Below are positions 19,304 through 28,999 of a stretch of DNA of 64,000 bases, piece after piece. The number at the start of each line of letters is the position of its first letter. Position 1 is the first letter of the stretch. Source of the stretch: a virus (lineage: Duplodnaviria > Caudoviricetes); IMG/VR virus record IMGVR_UViG_3300032303_002590, one strand, 5' to 3'. The notes under the pieces are model-generated. The model was not told the origin of the DNA. It saw nothing but the letters and a program-made list of their open reading frames with translations, and searched no databases. The translations under genes and the position numbers were made by a program.

Positions 19304-20657
19304 TATAAAATTTATAATATTTGATTTAGATGGTGTATTAGTAGAAGCTAAAAACATCCATTTTGAAGCATTAAACGAAGCATTAGGATCTGAATATGAG
19401 ATATCTTGGAGCGAACATTTAAGTAAATATGATGGTTTAAAAACTAATCAAAAACTTGAAATGTTAACTCAAGATAAAGGCTTACCACAAGAACTTTATA
19501 AACAAGTTTGGGATGAAAAACAGCGATTAACTTTATACAAACTAAAAAATTTAAAACCTAATTCTCAACTAATAGATTGTATGAATAAGTTGGTAGAACA
19601 AGGTTATAAATTGGCAGTATGTTCAAATAGTATACGTAAAACCGTATTAACAGTATTATCCAAATTAAACATAATTGAAAATTTTGATTTAATACTATCT
19701 AATGAAGATGTAAAAAATAGTAAACCTCATCCTGAAATTTATTGGAAAGCTATATCTCAAATGGGATTTTTACCTGAAGAAACATTAATAGTAGAAGATT
19801 CACCTTATGGGTTGTTAGCAGCTTCTCGTAGTAAAGCTTCTGTTATGAGAGTTGGATCCCCAAAAGATATTTCATATAATAATATAAATAAATATTTAAA
19901 CCAAGAAAAAATGAATTCAACACCAAAATGGAAAGATGAAAAATTAAATGTCTTAATTCCTATGGCTGGAGCCGGTTCAAGATTTGAACAAGCAGGTTAT
20001 ACCTTTCCTAAACCTCTTATTGAAGTAAAAGGTAAACCTATGATTCAAGTTGTAGTAGAAAACTTAAATCTAGAAGCTAACTACATTTATGTAGTACAAA
20101 AATCTCATAGACAAAAATATAACTTAGACACACTATTAAATTTATTAACCCCAGGATGTAAAATTGTAGAAACTGATGGATTAACTGAAGGAGCTGCATG
20201 TACTGCATTATTAGCTAAAGAATTTATAAATAACGATTCACCATTATTTTTTGCTAACTCAGATCAATTTGTAGAATGGGATTCAAATGAATTCATGTAC
20301 AAAATGAATGAAACTAATGCTGATGGAGGTATAGTTACATTTACAGCTACACACCCTAAATGGTCATTTGCTAAAGTTGATGATAATGGGTTAGTAACTG
20401 AAGTAGCAGAAAAAAACCCAATCTCTGATATTGCAACAGTAGGTTATTATTATTGGAAGAATGGATCTGATTTTGTAAAATACGCGGAACAGATGATTGA
20501 AAAAAATATTAGAGTAAACAATGAATTTTATGTTTGTCCTGTATTTAATCAAGCCATTGAAGATGACAAACAAATTAGAACATTCAATACATCCGGAATG
20601 TGGGGGTTAGGAACACCTGAAGATTTAAATTATTATTTAGAAAATTATAAAAATTAA
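19293..20657 (+). CDS. HAD phosphatase fused to sugar-phosphate nucleotidyltransferase (BcbE-like)
   Basis: FDLDGVL, KPHPEIY, VEDS; IPMAGAGSRF..PKPLI, HPKWSF, NNEFYV, LGTPEDL. Confidence 0.88.
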   Translation: MGNNIKFIIFDLDGVLVEAKNIHFEALNEALGSEYEISWSEHLSKYDGLKTNQKLEMLTQDKGLPQELYKQVWDEKQRLTLYKLKNLKPNSQLIDCMNKLVEQGYKLAVCSNSIRKTVLTVLSKLNIIENFDLILSNEDVKNSKPHPEIYWKAISQMGFLPEETLIVEDSPYGLLAASRSKASVMRVGSPKDISYNNINKYLNQEKMNSTPKWKDEKLNVLIPMAGAGSRFEQAGYTFPKPLIEVKGKPMIQVVVENLNLEANYIYVVQKSHRQKYNLDTLLNLLTPGCKIVETDGLTEGAACTALLAKEFINNDSPLFFANSDQFVEWDSNEFMYKMNETNADGGIVTFTATHPKWSFAKVDDNGLVTEVAEKNPISDIATVGYYYWKNGSDFVKYAEQMIEKNIRVNNEFYVCPVFNQAIEDDKQIRTFNTSGMWGLGTPEDLNYYLENYKN

Positions 20658-21337
20658 TGAAAGTAGCATTATTATTAAGTGGTTTACCACGTAAAGTAGA
20701 AGAAGGATTTAACTCAACTTGGTCACATATTATTAATAATTATGATACAGATGTATATTTACAATCTTGGAAAGATGGTAGCTGGGGATGTGATTGGAAA
20801 AAAGTTTATGAAGTATATGATATTCCACAAGTTAAATCTGTAAATATTCAATCTCCTTTTAAATTTACTGAATATAAAAAAGGTATTTCTCTACCTCATC
20901 AGGATAAATCTAGACCCTTACCTGAGTATGATGTAATAAGCTGCTTTAGACAACTCCCAATGTTTTATAGTTGGCAAAAAGTATACCAAGATTGTATAGA
21001 TACCCAAGTAAAATATGATTGCATTATTAGAAGTAGGTATGATTTAAATTCAGTATACTCAATAGATTTATCAATCTTAGATTTAAATTATTTAAATCAT
21101 GCTCCTGGAGGGAATTTTTTTGATGATAATTTGTGTATTACTAATTTTGAAAATTCATATAAAATTTTTCATCAAATATTTGACAGACTTATTAAAAAAT
21201 CAAGACTTAAAGGAGTATTAAATTCTGCTGAAACTAGCTGGACCGATTTAATATCAGATTCAAAATGTGAAGCTAAAGTGGTTGAAAGTTTAAGATTTAA
21301 TTTATTAAGAGAAGATCATTTATGGTGGGGAGAATAA
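20657..21337 (+). CDS. putative glycosyltransferase (KVALLLSGLPR family)
   Basis: N-terminal ALLLSGxPR and YDCIIRSRYD motif. Confidence 0.6.
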   Translation: MKVALLLSGLPRKVEEGFNSTWSHIINNYDTDVYLQSWKDGSWGCDWKKVYEVYDIPQVKSVNIQSPFKFTEYKKGISLPHQDKSRPLPEYDVISCFRQLPMFYSWQKVYQDCIDTQVKYDCIIRSRYDLNSVYSIDLSILDLNYLNHAPGGNFFDDNLCITNFENSYKIFHQIFDRLIKKSRLKGVLNSAETSWTDLISDSKCEAKVVESLRFNLLREDHLWWGE

Positions 21338-21347
21338 AATTAATAGA

Positions 21348-21785
21348 ATGATACTAATATCACATAGAGGAAATATAGAAGGAAAAATCCCAGAAAGAGA
21401 AAACCATCCCAACTACATCGACGAAGCAATAGCATTAGGTTATGATGTAGAGATTGATTTATGGAGTGTTGAAGGTGTTCTTTTATTAGGACATGATGGA
21501 CCCCAATATGGGATATCTCAAGATTGGTTAAATGAAAGAATCCATAAGTTATGGATACATTGTAAAAATATAGAAGCTATAGAATGGATGAACACAGTAG
21601 GTAGTTTTATATACTTCTGGCATCAAGAAGATACAATGACATTAACATCCTTTAACCATATCTGGGCTTATCCAGGAAAGCAGCCTATCAAAAATAGTAT
21701 TGCAGTTATGCCTGAGATTTATAATGAAGAAATTACGCAATGTAAAGGAGTGTGTAGTGATTATATAAAAAAATATAAAAAATAA
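21348..21785 (+). CDS. GDPD/PLC-like phosphodiesterase
   Basis: ISHRGN..EN..VEIDL..LGHD..WIHCKN..GVCSD. Confidence 0.78.
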   Translation: MILISHRGNIEGKIPERENHPNYIDEAIALGYDVEIDLWSVEGVLLLGHDGPQYGISQDWLNERIHKLWIHCKNIEAIEWMNTVGSFIYFWHQEDTMTLTSFNHIWAYPGKQPIKNSIAVMPEIYNEEITQCKGVCSDYIKKYKK

Positions 21786-21789
21786 TAAT

Positions 21790-22980
21790 ATGAAAAAACC
21801 CCAAAACCCCATTCAATTATTTAAGGTTCATATGAGCCCCAATGCTAAAATAGAAGTTAGTAAAATTTTAGATAGTGGTTATATAGGACAAGGACCTAAA
21901 GTAGAAGAATTTGAAACACAACTAAAAAACTATTTTAATAACGATTACCTAGTTACACTAAACTCAGGTACTTCAGGATTGCATTTAGCCTTAAATCTTC
22001 TAAAAAAATCAAACTTTTCAACTATAGCTGATGGTTATTCTTTTTCTGAGAGAAATTGGCCGGGTCTTGAGGAGGAAGATGAAGTATTAGCTACGGCTTT
22101 AACTTGTACTGCATCAAATTTCCCTATTTTGGCAAATGGGTTAAAAATTAAATGGGTGGATATAGATCCTGAAACACTAAATATGGATTTAGATGATTTA
22201 GAAAGAAAAATTACCCCTAAAACTAAAGTTATTATGTTAGTACATTGGGGGGGGTATCCAAATGATCTAAATAGAATTAAAGAAATACAAAATAAAGCCC
22301 AACAATTATATGGGTTTAAACCTGCTGTTATTGAAGATGGAGCTCATTCCTTTGGTTCAAAATATAAAGGTAAATATTTAGGAAATCATGGTAATATGGT
22401 TATGTATTCATTACAAGCTATTAAACATATAACTTCAATTGATGGGGGTATATTGACTTTACCTTATCAAAATTTGTATAAAAGAGCAAAATTGAAAAGA
22501 TGGTATGGCATTGATAGAGACTCAAATAGAAAAGATTTTAGATGTGAAGCAGACATTGAGGAATGGGGATTTAAATTTCACATGAATGATGTATGTGCCA
22601 CAGTTGGTATTGAAAATTTAAAAGAAGCCAATTCCATTATATCTAAACATCAAAAAAATGCCAAATATTATGATGAGAATCTAAAAGGAATCAATAAATT
22701 AACTCTATTAAAGCGTCATTCTGATAGAGAATCAGCATTTTGGATTTACAGTATGTTAGTAGAAGATAGAGATAAATTTATGGAACATATGAAAAATTGT
22801 AATATAATAGTATCTCAAGTTCATGAACGTAATGATAAACATACTTGTGTAAAAGAGTACAAAACATCCTTACCCACATTAGATAAAACTATTAATAAGA
22901 TAGTTTCAATCCCTGTTGGGTGGTGGATAACTCCTGAAGAAAGAGAATATATTGTTGAATGTATTAAAAAAGGATGGTAA
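21790..22980 (+). CDS. DegT/DnrJ/EryC1/StrS sugar aminotransferase
   Basis: NSGTSGLHLAL, IEDGAHSFG, SLQAIKHIT..GG. Confidence 0.93.
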   Translation: MKKPQNPIQLFKVHMSPNAKIEVSKILDSGYIGQGPKVEEFETQLKNYFNNDYLVTLNSGTSGLHLALNLLKKSNFSTIADGYSFSERNWPGLEEEDEVLATALTCTASNFPILANGLKIKWVDIDPETLNMDLDDLERKITPKTKVIMLVHWGGYPNDLNRIKEIQNKAQQLYGFKPAVIEDGAHSFGSKYKGKYLGNHGNMVMYSLQAIKHITSIDGGILTLPYQNLYKRAKLKRWYGIDRDSNRKDFRCEADIEEWGFKFHMNDVCATVGIENLKEANSIISKHQKNAKYYDENLKGINKLTLLKRHSDRESAFWIYSMLVEDRDKFMEHMKNCNIIVSQVHERNDKHTCVKEYKTSLPTLDKTINKIVSIPVGWWITPEEREYIVECIKKGW

Positions 22981-23474
22981 TGGATTTAGAATTTAAAAAA
23001 ATTGATGAATTAGATTTATTTTTTTTAAATAATTTAAGAAACCAATGTGCCGCAGAATATCTTCATGATAATAGAACATTTACCGATTATGAAACTATAG
23101 TGTGGTTTAATAAAACAAAACCTAATTACTATATAATTTTATATAAAAGTAAAAAAATTGGATATTTTAGAATAAATTCACATTCAAGTATTAACCAAAA
23201 CTTATATTTAGGCGCTGATCTTCTTCCAGAATATAGAGGTAAAGGGTTAGCTAAAAAATCATATCAATTATTTATTCCAATTTTATTTAAAAAATATGAT
23301 TTACATAAAATTAATCTTGAAGTATTATCTACTAACTTTAATGCATTACAATTATATAAAAGTTTAGGATTTAAAGAAGATGGAATTAAACGACAAGAAG
23401 TACTTAAGGGAGATAAGTGGGTGGATTCAATAATGATGTCTTTATTAAAAGAAGAATATGAAAATTGGGATTAA
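22980..23474 (+). CDS. GNAT N-acetyltransferase (PseH/RimJ-like)
   Basis: YRGKGLA, LEVLSTN..ALQLYKSLGFKEDG; ATG 22980 coupled to degT stop. Confidence 0.85.
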   Translation: MDLEFKKIDELDLFFLNNLRNQCAAEYLHDNRTFTDYETIVWFNKTKPNYYIILYKSKKIGYFRINSHSSINQNLYLGADLLPEYRGKGLAKKSYQLFIPILFKKYDLHKINLEVLSTNFNALQLYKSLGFKEDGIKRQEVLKGDKWVDSIMMSLLKEEYENWD

Positions 23475-24129
23475 TTTAGTAGGTGTATCATATAATGATG
23501 GTTCTAATGGTGGTAGATATCGAAATTATAAAGATGCTATTGAGGGGTTTTATGAAAATGTTGTTAACCCTTTACAAAAAGAAGGAAATGAAATATTCTT
23601 TTACTTATTTTCATATAATAATTCTAAACAAGAAGAAATACGTAATTCATATCAACCCTTAAAAAAATCACTATTTATTGATTCTAACTTAAATCAATTA
23701 GGAGGTGGGGATAAAGTACATGGGCCTAAAGTTATGTCTGTGTCTTATATTAATAGTTTATCCCAATTATTAGAAGAAGATCTGGATTTAGTGATATCTA
23801 CTAGATTTGATATAAATTTTTATAAAAATCCGTTTAAGGAATACTCCTATGATCTAAATAAATGTAATTTTTTATGGAGAGAGCCTGAATTTATACATTT
23901 ACCGTTAGTAAATGATACTTTTATAGTATTCCCTCATTCAATGACTCAAAATTTAATAGATGCTATAATAGAAATGGAAACTAATCCACCCTATAACGTT
24001 AATATTGGAATGCATAACTTATATTTACCTTTAATAAACCAAATTGGAGAAAACCAAGTTCAATGGGTATGTAATGATTTTAAAACAGCATTAAATAATG
24101 ATTTATATAAACTAATGAGACATGAATAA
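23458..24129 (+). CDS. putative glycosyltransferase (paralog type of 20657)
   Basis: KIGINLVG..DLVISTRFD. Confidence 0.55.
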   Translation: MKIGINLVGVSYNDGSNGGRYRNYKDAIEGFYENVVNPLQKEGNEIFFYLFSYNNSKQEEIRNSYQPLKKSLFIDSNLNQLGGGDKVHGPKVMSVSYINSLSQLLEEDLDLVISTRFDINFYKNPFKEYSYDLNKCNFLWREPEFIHLPLVNDTFIVFPHSMTQNLIDAIIEMETNPPYNVNIGMHNLYLPLINQIGENQVQWVCNDFKTALNNDLYKLMRHE

Positions 24130-24883
24130 AATAGTAAGCGGATACCTATGGGCCTATCGTAATTACGAATCAGGTAAAAAATCATTATTAAGTTTAAAAA
24201 AATATTACCCTAATGCAGATCTATTTATAAATGTAGATTATGAAGGTGATTTAACTAATTATACTCAAGTATCAAATGAAGTTGGTGGTATTATAAGTAG
24301 AAATAATTTCCAATTAGGATATTGTGGAGATTTTGCATATAATCAAGTTGGATATGAATGTTGGTCTAAACAAGCTACCTTTGAATGGTTTAGAGGTTTT
24401 TATGAGGCATGTTTAAAAACTGATTCACATTATATGATACTACTAGAAGAAGATGATTTTCTGTTAAAACCCTTAACATTATTAGATTATCAATTTTCAA
24501 TAGCTATTCACCCAACTGATCCAAGTCCAACAGGAAGAATTAGACCTAATTATATCCCACCTGAATTTTTAGAATATTCTAAAAGATTTGGAGGTGCAGA
24601 TAAATGTCCGGGTTATGCTTCTGGAGGAGGAACTTTAATTAATAGAAAAGAATTCATACATTCATGGGAAAAGTGCAAAGACCAACTTTGGGAAGACTAC
24701 GATAATTTAGTTAAAATAAACAAAATAATTGGATGGGTTGATTTCAGTCTACAATTTATCCTAATGTTAGGAGGTTATGAAGTAATTCAAAATCCTTATT
24801 TATGTGAACATTGGGAAGTGCCTAATTTTGAAGAATTTGAGATAATAACAGGTTTAAAAGACCATACATTGATAAAAATATGA
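24122..24883 (+). CDS. GT-A-like glycosyltransferase
   Basis: YMILLEEDD, in glycan cluster. Confidence 0.6.
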   Translation: MNKIVSGYLWAYRNYESGKKSLLSLKKYYPNADLFINVDYEGDLTNYTQVSNEVGGIISRNNFQLGYCGDFAYNQVGYECWSKQATFEWFRGFYEACLKTDSHYMILLEEDDFLLKPLTLLDYQFSIAIHPTDPSPTGRIRPNYIPPEFLEYSKRFGGADKCPGYASGGGTLINRKEFIHSWEKCKDQLWEDYDNLVKINKIIGWVDFSLQFILMLGGYEVIQNPYLCEHWEVPNFEEFEIITGLKDHTLIKI

Positions 24884-25746
24884 TTCATATAGTAATACAT
24901 GTTTTACCCCAAGAAATAGATCAACTTGAACAATTACTTATTCATTTAAAACAATCTTCAATCTATTTACAATCAAATGATTACTTAGTTGAAGTAGTTT
25001 TAAATACTAAATTAACAGATTGGTCAAAATCTAAATTAGATGAACAATTTTTTATTAATAAATTTAATTCTTTAGAACAATTAACTAATAGTTGGTGTGA
25101 AACTAAATTTGAGGTAAGTGATGGAACTATTTTAGGATGTAATGATATAAGACGTAGAGCTTTAAGAACAAGTAAAGCTGATTATATCATGTATTTAGAT
25201 GCTGATAATATATTCTCCAAAAGTTTATTATATCATATAAAAGAATACACTGATTATCTATTAACTCAAGAAGGATATAATATTATTGTACCTGAAATAA
25301 CAAGACTATGGGATAATACTTGGGATGTAATTACTAATAAAAATTATTTAAATTCTGAGGCATCACATGAAAGTTATTTTAATAGAGATCCTTATATTGT
25401 AGATTTTATACCTGATAATGTATCTATAAATCCTATAAATGATTTTAAATTTGCAGGGTGGGGTACTTGCATTCCAACTAAATTAAAAAATATAATAGAT
25501 ATCCCTGATAGTTTAGGTTCATATGGGTTAGATGATACTTTTATAATGACTGCATGTTCTATTTTAAAAAGTAAAGGACATCTTATTCAACAATATACTC
25601 TTCAGAATGAAATTATTATAGAAAATAACAAATTTAGATATAATCCCTATCAAAATTATCTAAATTCAATAGATAGAAGAGAAGAATTCAAAACCCAAGC
25701 TCATAACAATTTTAATTTAGAACTACAAAAATACTTAAACCTATGA
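24880..25746 (+). CDS. GT-A glycosyltransferase (GT2-like)
   Basis: YIMYLDAD, YGLDD. Confidence 0.68.
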   Translation: MIHIVIHVLPQEIDQLEQLLIHLKQSSIYLQSNDYLVEVVLNTKLTDWSKSKLDEQFFINKFNSLEQLTNSWCETKFEVSDGTILGCNDIRRRALRTSKADYIMYLDADNIFSKSLLYHIKEYTDYLLTQEGYNIIVPEITRLWDNTWDVITNKNYLNSEASHESYFNRDPYIVDFIPDNVSINPINDFKFAGWGTCIPTKLKNIIDIPDSLGSYGLDDTFIMTACSILKSKGHLIQQYTLQNEIIIENNKFRYNPYQNYLNSIDRREEFKTQAHNNFNLELQKYLNL

Positions 25747-26555
25747 AAGACTTAATTATAGGGTGCATAAGCAATTACCACCCAGAACATATAAAACCCT
25801 GGGTTAACTCCATTATTAAATCAGGTTTTGAAGGTGATAAAATTATAATATCTTTTGGTGTACCCGAAGAAACTATAACTTATTTAACTCAAAATGGGTT
25901 TGAAATATATTCATTTGAACCTAATGGAAGACATATAGTAATAGAACGTTTTTATGCTCTATGGGGGTTAATGAATGAATTACAAGACACTTATAGATAT
26001 ATAATAACAACAGATGTAAAAGATGTTATATTCCAATATAATCCTTCACAATGGTTAGAAAATAATCTACATAATAAAAAAATACTAGTTTCATCAGAAT
26101 GTTTAACATATTCTAATGAAGATTGGGGAAATAATAATCTTAAGACTTCATATCCCCAATTTTATGAAAATAATAAAAACAATGTTATATATAATGCCGG
26201 TACTATAGCAGGTGATTTTAATTATATGAAAGATTTTTTCTTACATATATTTAACCTTTCTTTAATTGGGAATGATTCTCAACCCGATCAAGCAGCGTTG
26301 AATATTTTAATCCATACATACCCATTTAAAGATCATGTTTTATTAGCTAATCAAGAAAATGGGTGGTGTTGTCAATTAGGTACTACTTTAGATCCTAAAG
26401 TTCAAAACAAATACCTTCCTTTACTTTTAGAACCTATACCATCATATGATGATAAGGGATTAGTATATAATTCTAAAAATGAATTATTTTGTTTAGTACA
26501 TCAATATGATCGAGTACCTGAATTAAAAAAATTAATAACCCCAACTTATTCTTAA
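25743..26555 (+). CDS. nucleotide-diphospho-sugar transferase (GT-A)
   Basis: TTDVKDVIFQYNP, NAGTIAG, DQAALN, HQYDR. Confidence 0.78.
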   Translation: MKDLIIGCISNYHPEHIKPWVNSIIKSGFEGDKIIISFGVPEETITYLTQNGFEIYSFEPNGRHIVIERFYALWGLMNELQDTYRYIITTDVKDVIFQYNPSQWLENNLHNKKILVSSECLTYSNEDWGNNNLKTSYPQFYENNKNNVIYNAGTIAGDFNYMKDFFLHIFNLSLIGNDSQPDQAALNILIHTYPFKDHVLLANQENGWCCQLGTTLDPKVQNKYLPLLLEPIPSYDDKGLVYNSKNELFCLVHQYDRVPELKKLITPTYS

Positions 26556-26563
26556 TATTTATA
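26555..26563 (+). promoter_or_regulatory. putative late promoter ATATTTATA
   Basis: intergenic motif copy. Confidence 0.6.
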
Positions 26564-26577
26564 CCAAAATCAATAAT

Positions 26578-27024
26578 ATGGAATTTAAACTACGTGATTT
26601 CTTTTTAAAAGAAGAATTTCTTAAAGAAGAAGGTGAATTAAATTATAACGCTACTATTGGAGGTGAAGACTTTAAAGTAGTAGTAGATGTGAATAAAAAC
26701 CCAACTAAAAAAGGTATTAAAGTAAAATTCTTCCCTGTAAATGAAAATGGAGAAGTATTAACTAACTTAACTCCTGAAGAAGTAGATTCATTACAAAGTT
26801 CAATATCAACTGCTGTATCTAAAAAGTTTGTTAATTTTGGTTTGGAATTTGATAGAGATACAGACGCTCCAGATAAAATGGCAGCTAATTTTCAAATCCC
26901 ATTAGACTCAATCTTCTCATTTATTAGAGATAAAGTATTAGGTGGGGGTGAAGAATCAAATGAAGCACCTGCTGAAACTGGAGAAGAAACAACAGGTTCT
27001 GAAGATGAAACACAAAACGCCTAA
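26578..27024 (+). CDS. late hypothetical protein (LKEE leader, acidic tail)
   Basis: 148-aa ORF behind late motif. Confidence 0.7.
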   Translation: MEFKLRDFFLKEEFLKEEGELNYNATIGGEDFKVVVDVNKNPTKKGIKVKFFPVNENGEVLTNLTPEEVDSLQSSISTAVSKKFVNFGLEFDRDTDAPDKMAANFQIPLDSIFSFIRDKVLGGGEESNEAPAETGEETTGSEDETQNA

Positions 27025-27328
27025 TTTATTAATAAACGAATATAGTGCAAGGGGTATCTTAGATACCCTTTATGCACCTAAAATACAACAATCATTATTT
27101 GAAAATGTTGTAGATGGGATAAAATTATCAGTTAAAACTGATAGAAGGGAATTTGTAGTTTGTAATATACCTCAAGTTGAACTTAGTGTTACAATACCAA
27201 AAACAAGTTTTATACCTGCTTTAAAATCAGCTATTGATTTTTATCTTAAAGTAGAGGATTATCATAAATGTACCCAAATCAATAACTTAATTCAAGAATT
27301 AGAAAATGGACGAAGAGTTAAAACGTAG
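27005..27328 (+). CDS. hypothetical protein with C-terminal UVR-like motif
   Basis: ATG 27005 preferred; AIDFYLKVEDYHKCTQINNLI. Confidence 0.65.
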   Translation: MKHKTPNLLINEYSARGILDTLYAPKIQQSLFENVVDGIKLSVKTDRREFVVCNIPQVELSVTIPKTSFIPALKSAIDFYLKVEDYHKCTQINNLIQELENGRRVKT

Positions 27329-27734
27329 TTTAGAAGAGGGTTTTTTAAAGTTATTTAACTCCCCTGTTATTGTTAAAAAGCAAAGACGAAACAAAGCATT
27401 TAAAAAGAAAGCATTATTCATCTCACTTATAGATCAATACGAGAAAGCCCTCAACAAATCAGTGTTATTACAAAGTAATTTTGGTATTGATTTATTTGAA
27501 TATGAAGAATCATTTTATGGTGTTATAGATAAATTAATGTTATTAATGTGGGGTGGAAGCATTTATGAATTAGTTACATTTTATTTATACGAGCGTCTTA
27601 ATTTAGATGGTACTATAAATTATTTAGTTGAAACTAAAGAGGATGGAACTGAAGAAGAAATATTCTTAAAAACACCTGAAGATTTGTATAATTACTTAAT
27701 GCAAGTAAATCCCGATTTTATAAACGAAAAATAA
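27306..27734 (+). CDS. hypothetical protein
   Basis: 142-aa ORF in operon. Confidence 0.7.
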   Translation: MDEELKRSLEEGFLKLFNSPVIVKKQRRNKAFKKKALFISLIDQYEKALNKSVLLQSNFGIDLFEYEESFYGVIDKLMLLMWGGSIYELVTFYLYERLNLDGTINYLVETKEDGTEEEIFLKTPEDLYNYLMQVNPDFINEK

Positions 27735-27739
27735 GTTAT

Positions 27740-28420
27740 ATGGCTGGAATTAATGACCATAAAAAGGGTCCTAAACCAAAGATATACTCTAAAGAAGATT
27801 TGTTACGTGCAATGAAGGTTACTAAAAGTATTAGATCTGCGGCTCGATACTTAAACTGTTCATACCAACACGTTAAACCCTATTTCAAATCATTTAGAGT
27901 AGACGACAACGATCCTAACTCACCAACATTATTTGATGTACATAAAAATCAAGTAGGTAAAGGTATCCCTAAATTTTTAAAACATCATGGTAAAGACCCT
28001 GATTTGCAAAAAATATTAAGAGGAGAACTATACACTGAATCATTCAGTATAGACAAATTTAAACGTAGATTAATTCAAGAAGCAATATTAGCTGAAGAAT
28101 GCTCGTGTTGTGGATTTAAAGAGCAACGTGTATCAGATTATAGAGTACCATTACTAATTAATTTTAAAAATGGGAATAAACGAGATTGGAAACAAGAAAA
28201 TTTAGAATTTTTATGTTACAATTGCTATTATTTAACTATAGGAGATATATTTACACCTAAACAAATCCAAGGTATAGAAGACACTTATGAAATACCTAAA
28301 GCTCAAGAAGTTAAATGGGAAATGGATGATGCAATGTATGAACACTTTAAATCGTTAAATTTATTAGATGAAAACGATTTTAGAGATGAGGACGACGATA
28401 TTATCTCGTATACTAAATAA
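27740..28420 (+). CDS. HTH plus degenerate HNH zinc-finger protein
   Basis: SIRSAARYLNCSY; CSCCG..LLINFKNGN..ENLEFLCYNC. Confidence 0.72.
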   Translation: MAGINDHKKGPKPKIYSKEDLLRAMKVTKSIRSAARYLNCSYQHVKPYFKSFRVDDNDPNSPTLFDVHKNQVGKGIPKFLKHHGKDPDLQKILRGELYTESFSIDKFKRRLIQEAILAEECSCCGFKEQRVSDYRVPLLINFKNGNKRDWKQENLEFLCYNCYYLTIGDIFTPKQIQGIEDTYEIPKAQEVKWEMDDAMYEHFKSLNLLDENDFRDEDDDIISYTK

Positions 28421-28424
28421 AAAC

Positions 28425-28457
28425 TTGGATATTTAATTTTTCTTTCATATATTTATA
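28425..28457 (+). promoter_or_regulatory. overlapping early-type and late-type promoter
   Basis: TTGGA 28425, TTCATATATTTA 28444, ATATTTATA 28449. Confidence 0.6.
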
Positions 28458-28480
28458 ACATATAAATTAAAATAATAACA

Positions 28481-28918
28481 ATGGAAAATTTCGATTTTAA
28501 AAAATACCTTGCTGAAGGAACATTATTAAAAGAAGTTCAACTTGATCCTGAAAATCAAAAACTAAAAGATCAATATATAGATGCATATCTAACACTTACC
28601 ATTGATCCATATGCATATGAGGATAGTTATGATGGTAGTGATGATTTTTATTACCCGGATGTGGAAGAAATAGAAAACCATGCTAAGGAATATGGATATG
28701 AAAATACTTTACGTACTATAGATAAAATGGAAGATGTTGAAAATGCTAGAAATCAAAACTTTGGAGGTGAAGACCCATTAGCCAAAAAAGCACCAGGTAA
28801 TAGTATTGATAATTTATATATGAGGGACCCAATCCAAAATCAAACTAAAAGTGGTAAGATGAATAAGTTAGATGTTGATCGTCTTAAAATGAGAATTAAG
28901 AAAAATTTAGGTATTTAA
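28481..28918 (+). CDS. hypothetical protein (FDFKKYLAE leader)
   Basis: 145-aa ORF. Confidence 0.7.
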   Translation: MENFDFKKYLAEGTLLKEVQLDPENQKLKDQYIDAYLTLTIDPYAYEDSYDGSDDFYYPDVEEIENHAKEYGYENTLRTIDKMEDVENARNQNFGGEDPLAKKAPGNSIDNLYMRDPIQNQTKSGKMNKLDVDRLKMRIKKNLGI

Positions 28919-28944
28919 TTAAAAATTTCCTTATATAAAAAGTT

Positions 28945-28974
28945 AGGCTCCGTAAGGAGCCTTTCGTATATTTA
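28945..28974 (+). promoter_or_regulatory. hairpin plus early promoter
   Basis: AGGCTCC-GTAA-GGAGCCT 28945-28962; core 28963. Confidence 0.78.
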
Positions 28975-28999
28975 AGTATAAAATTAAAAAAGAAAGGTT

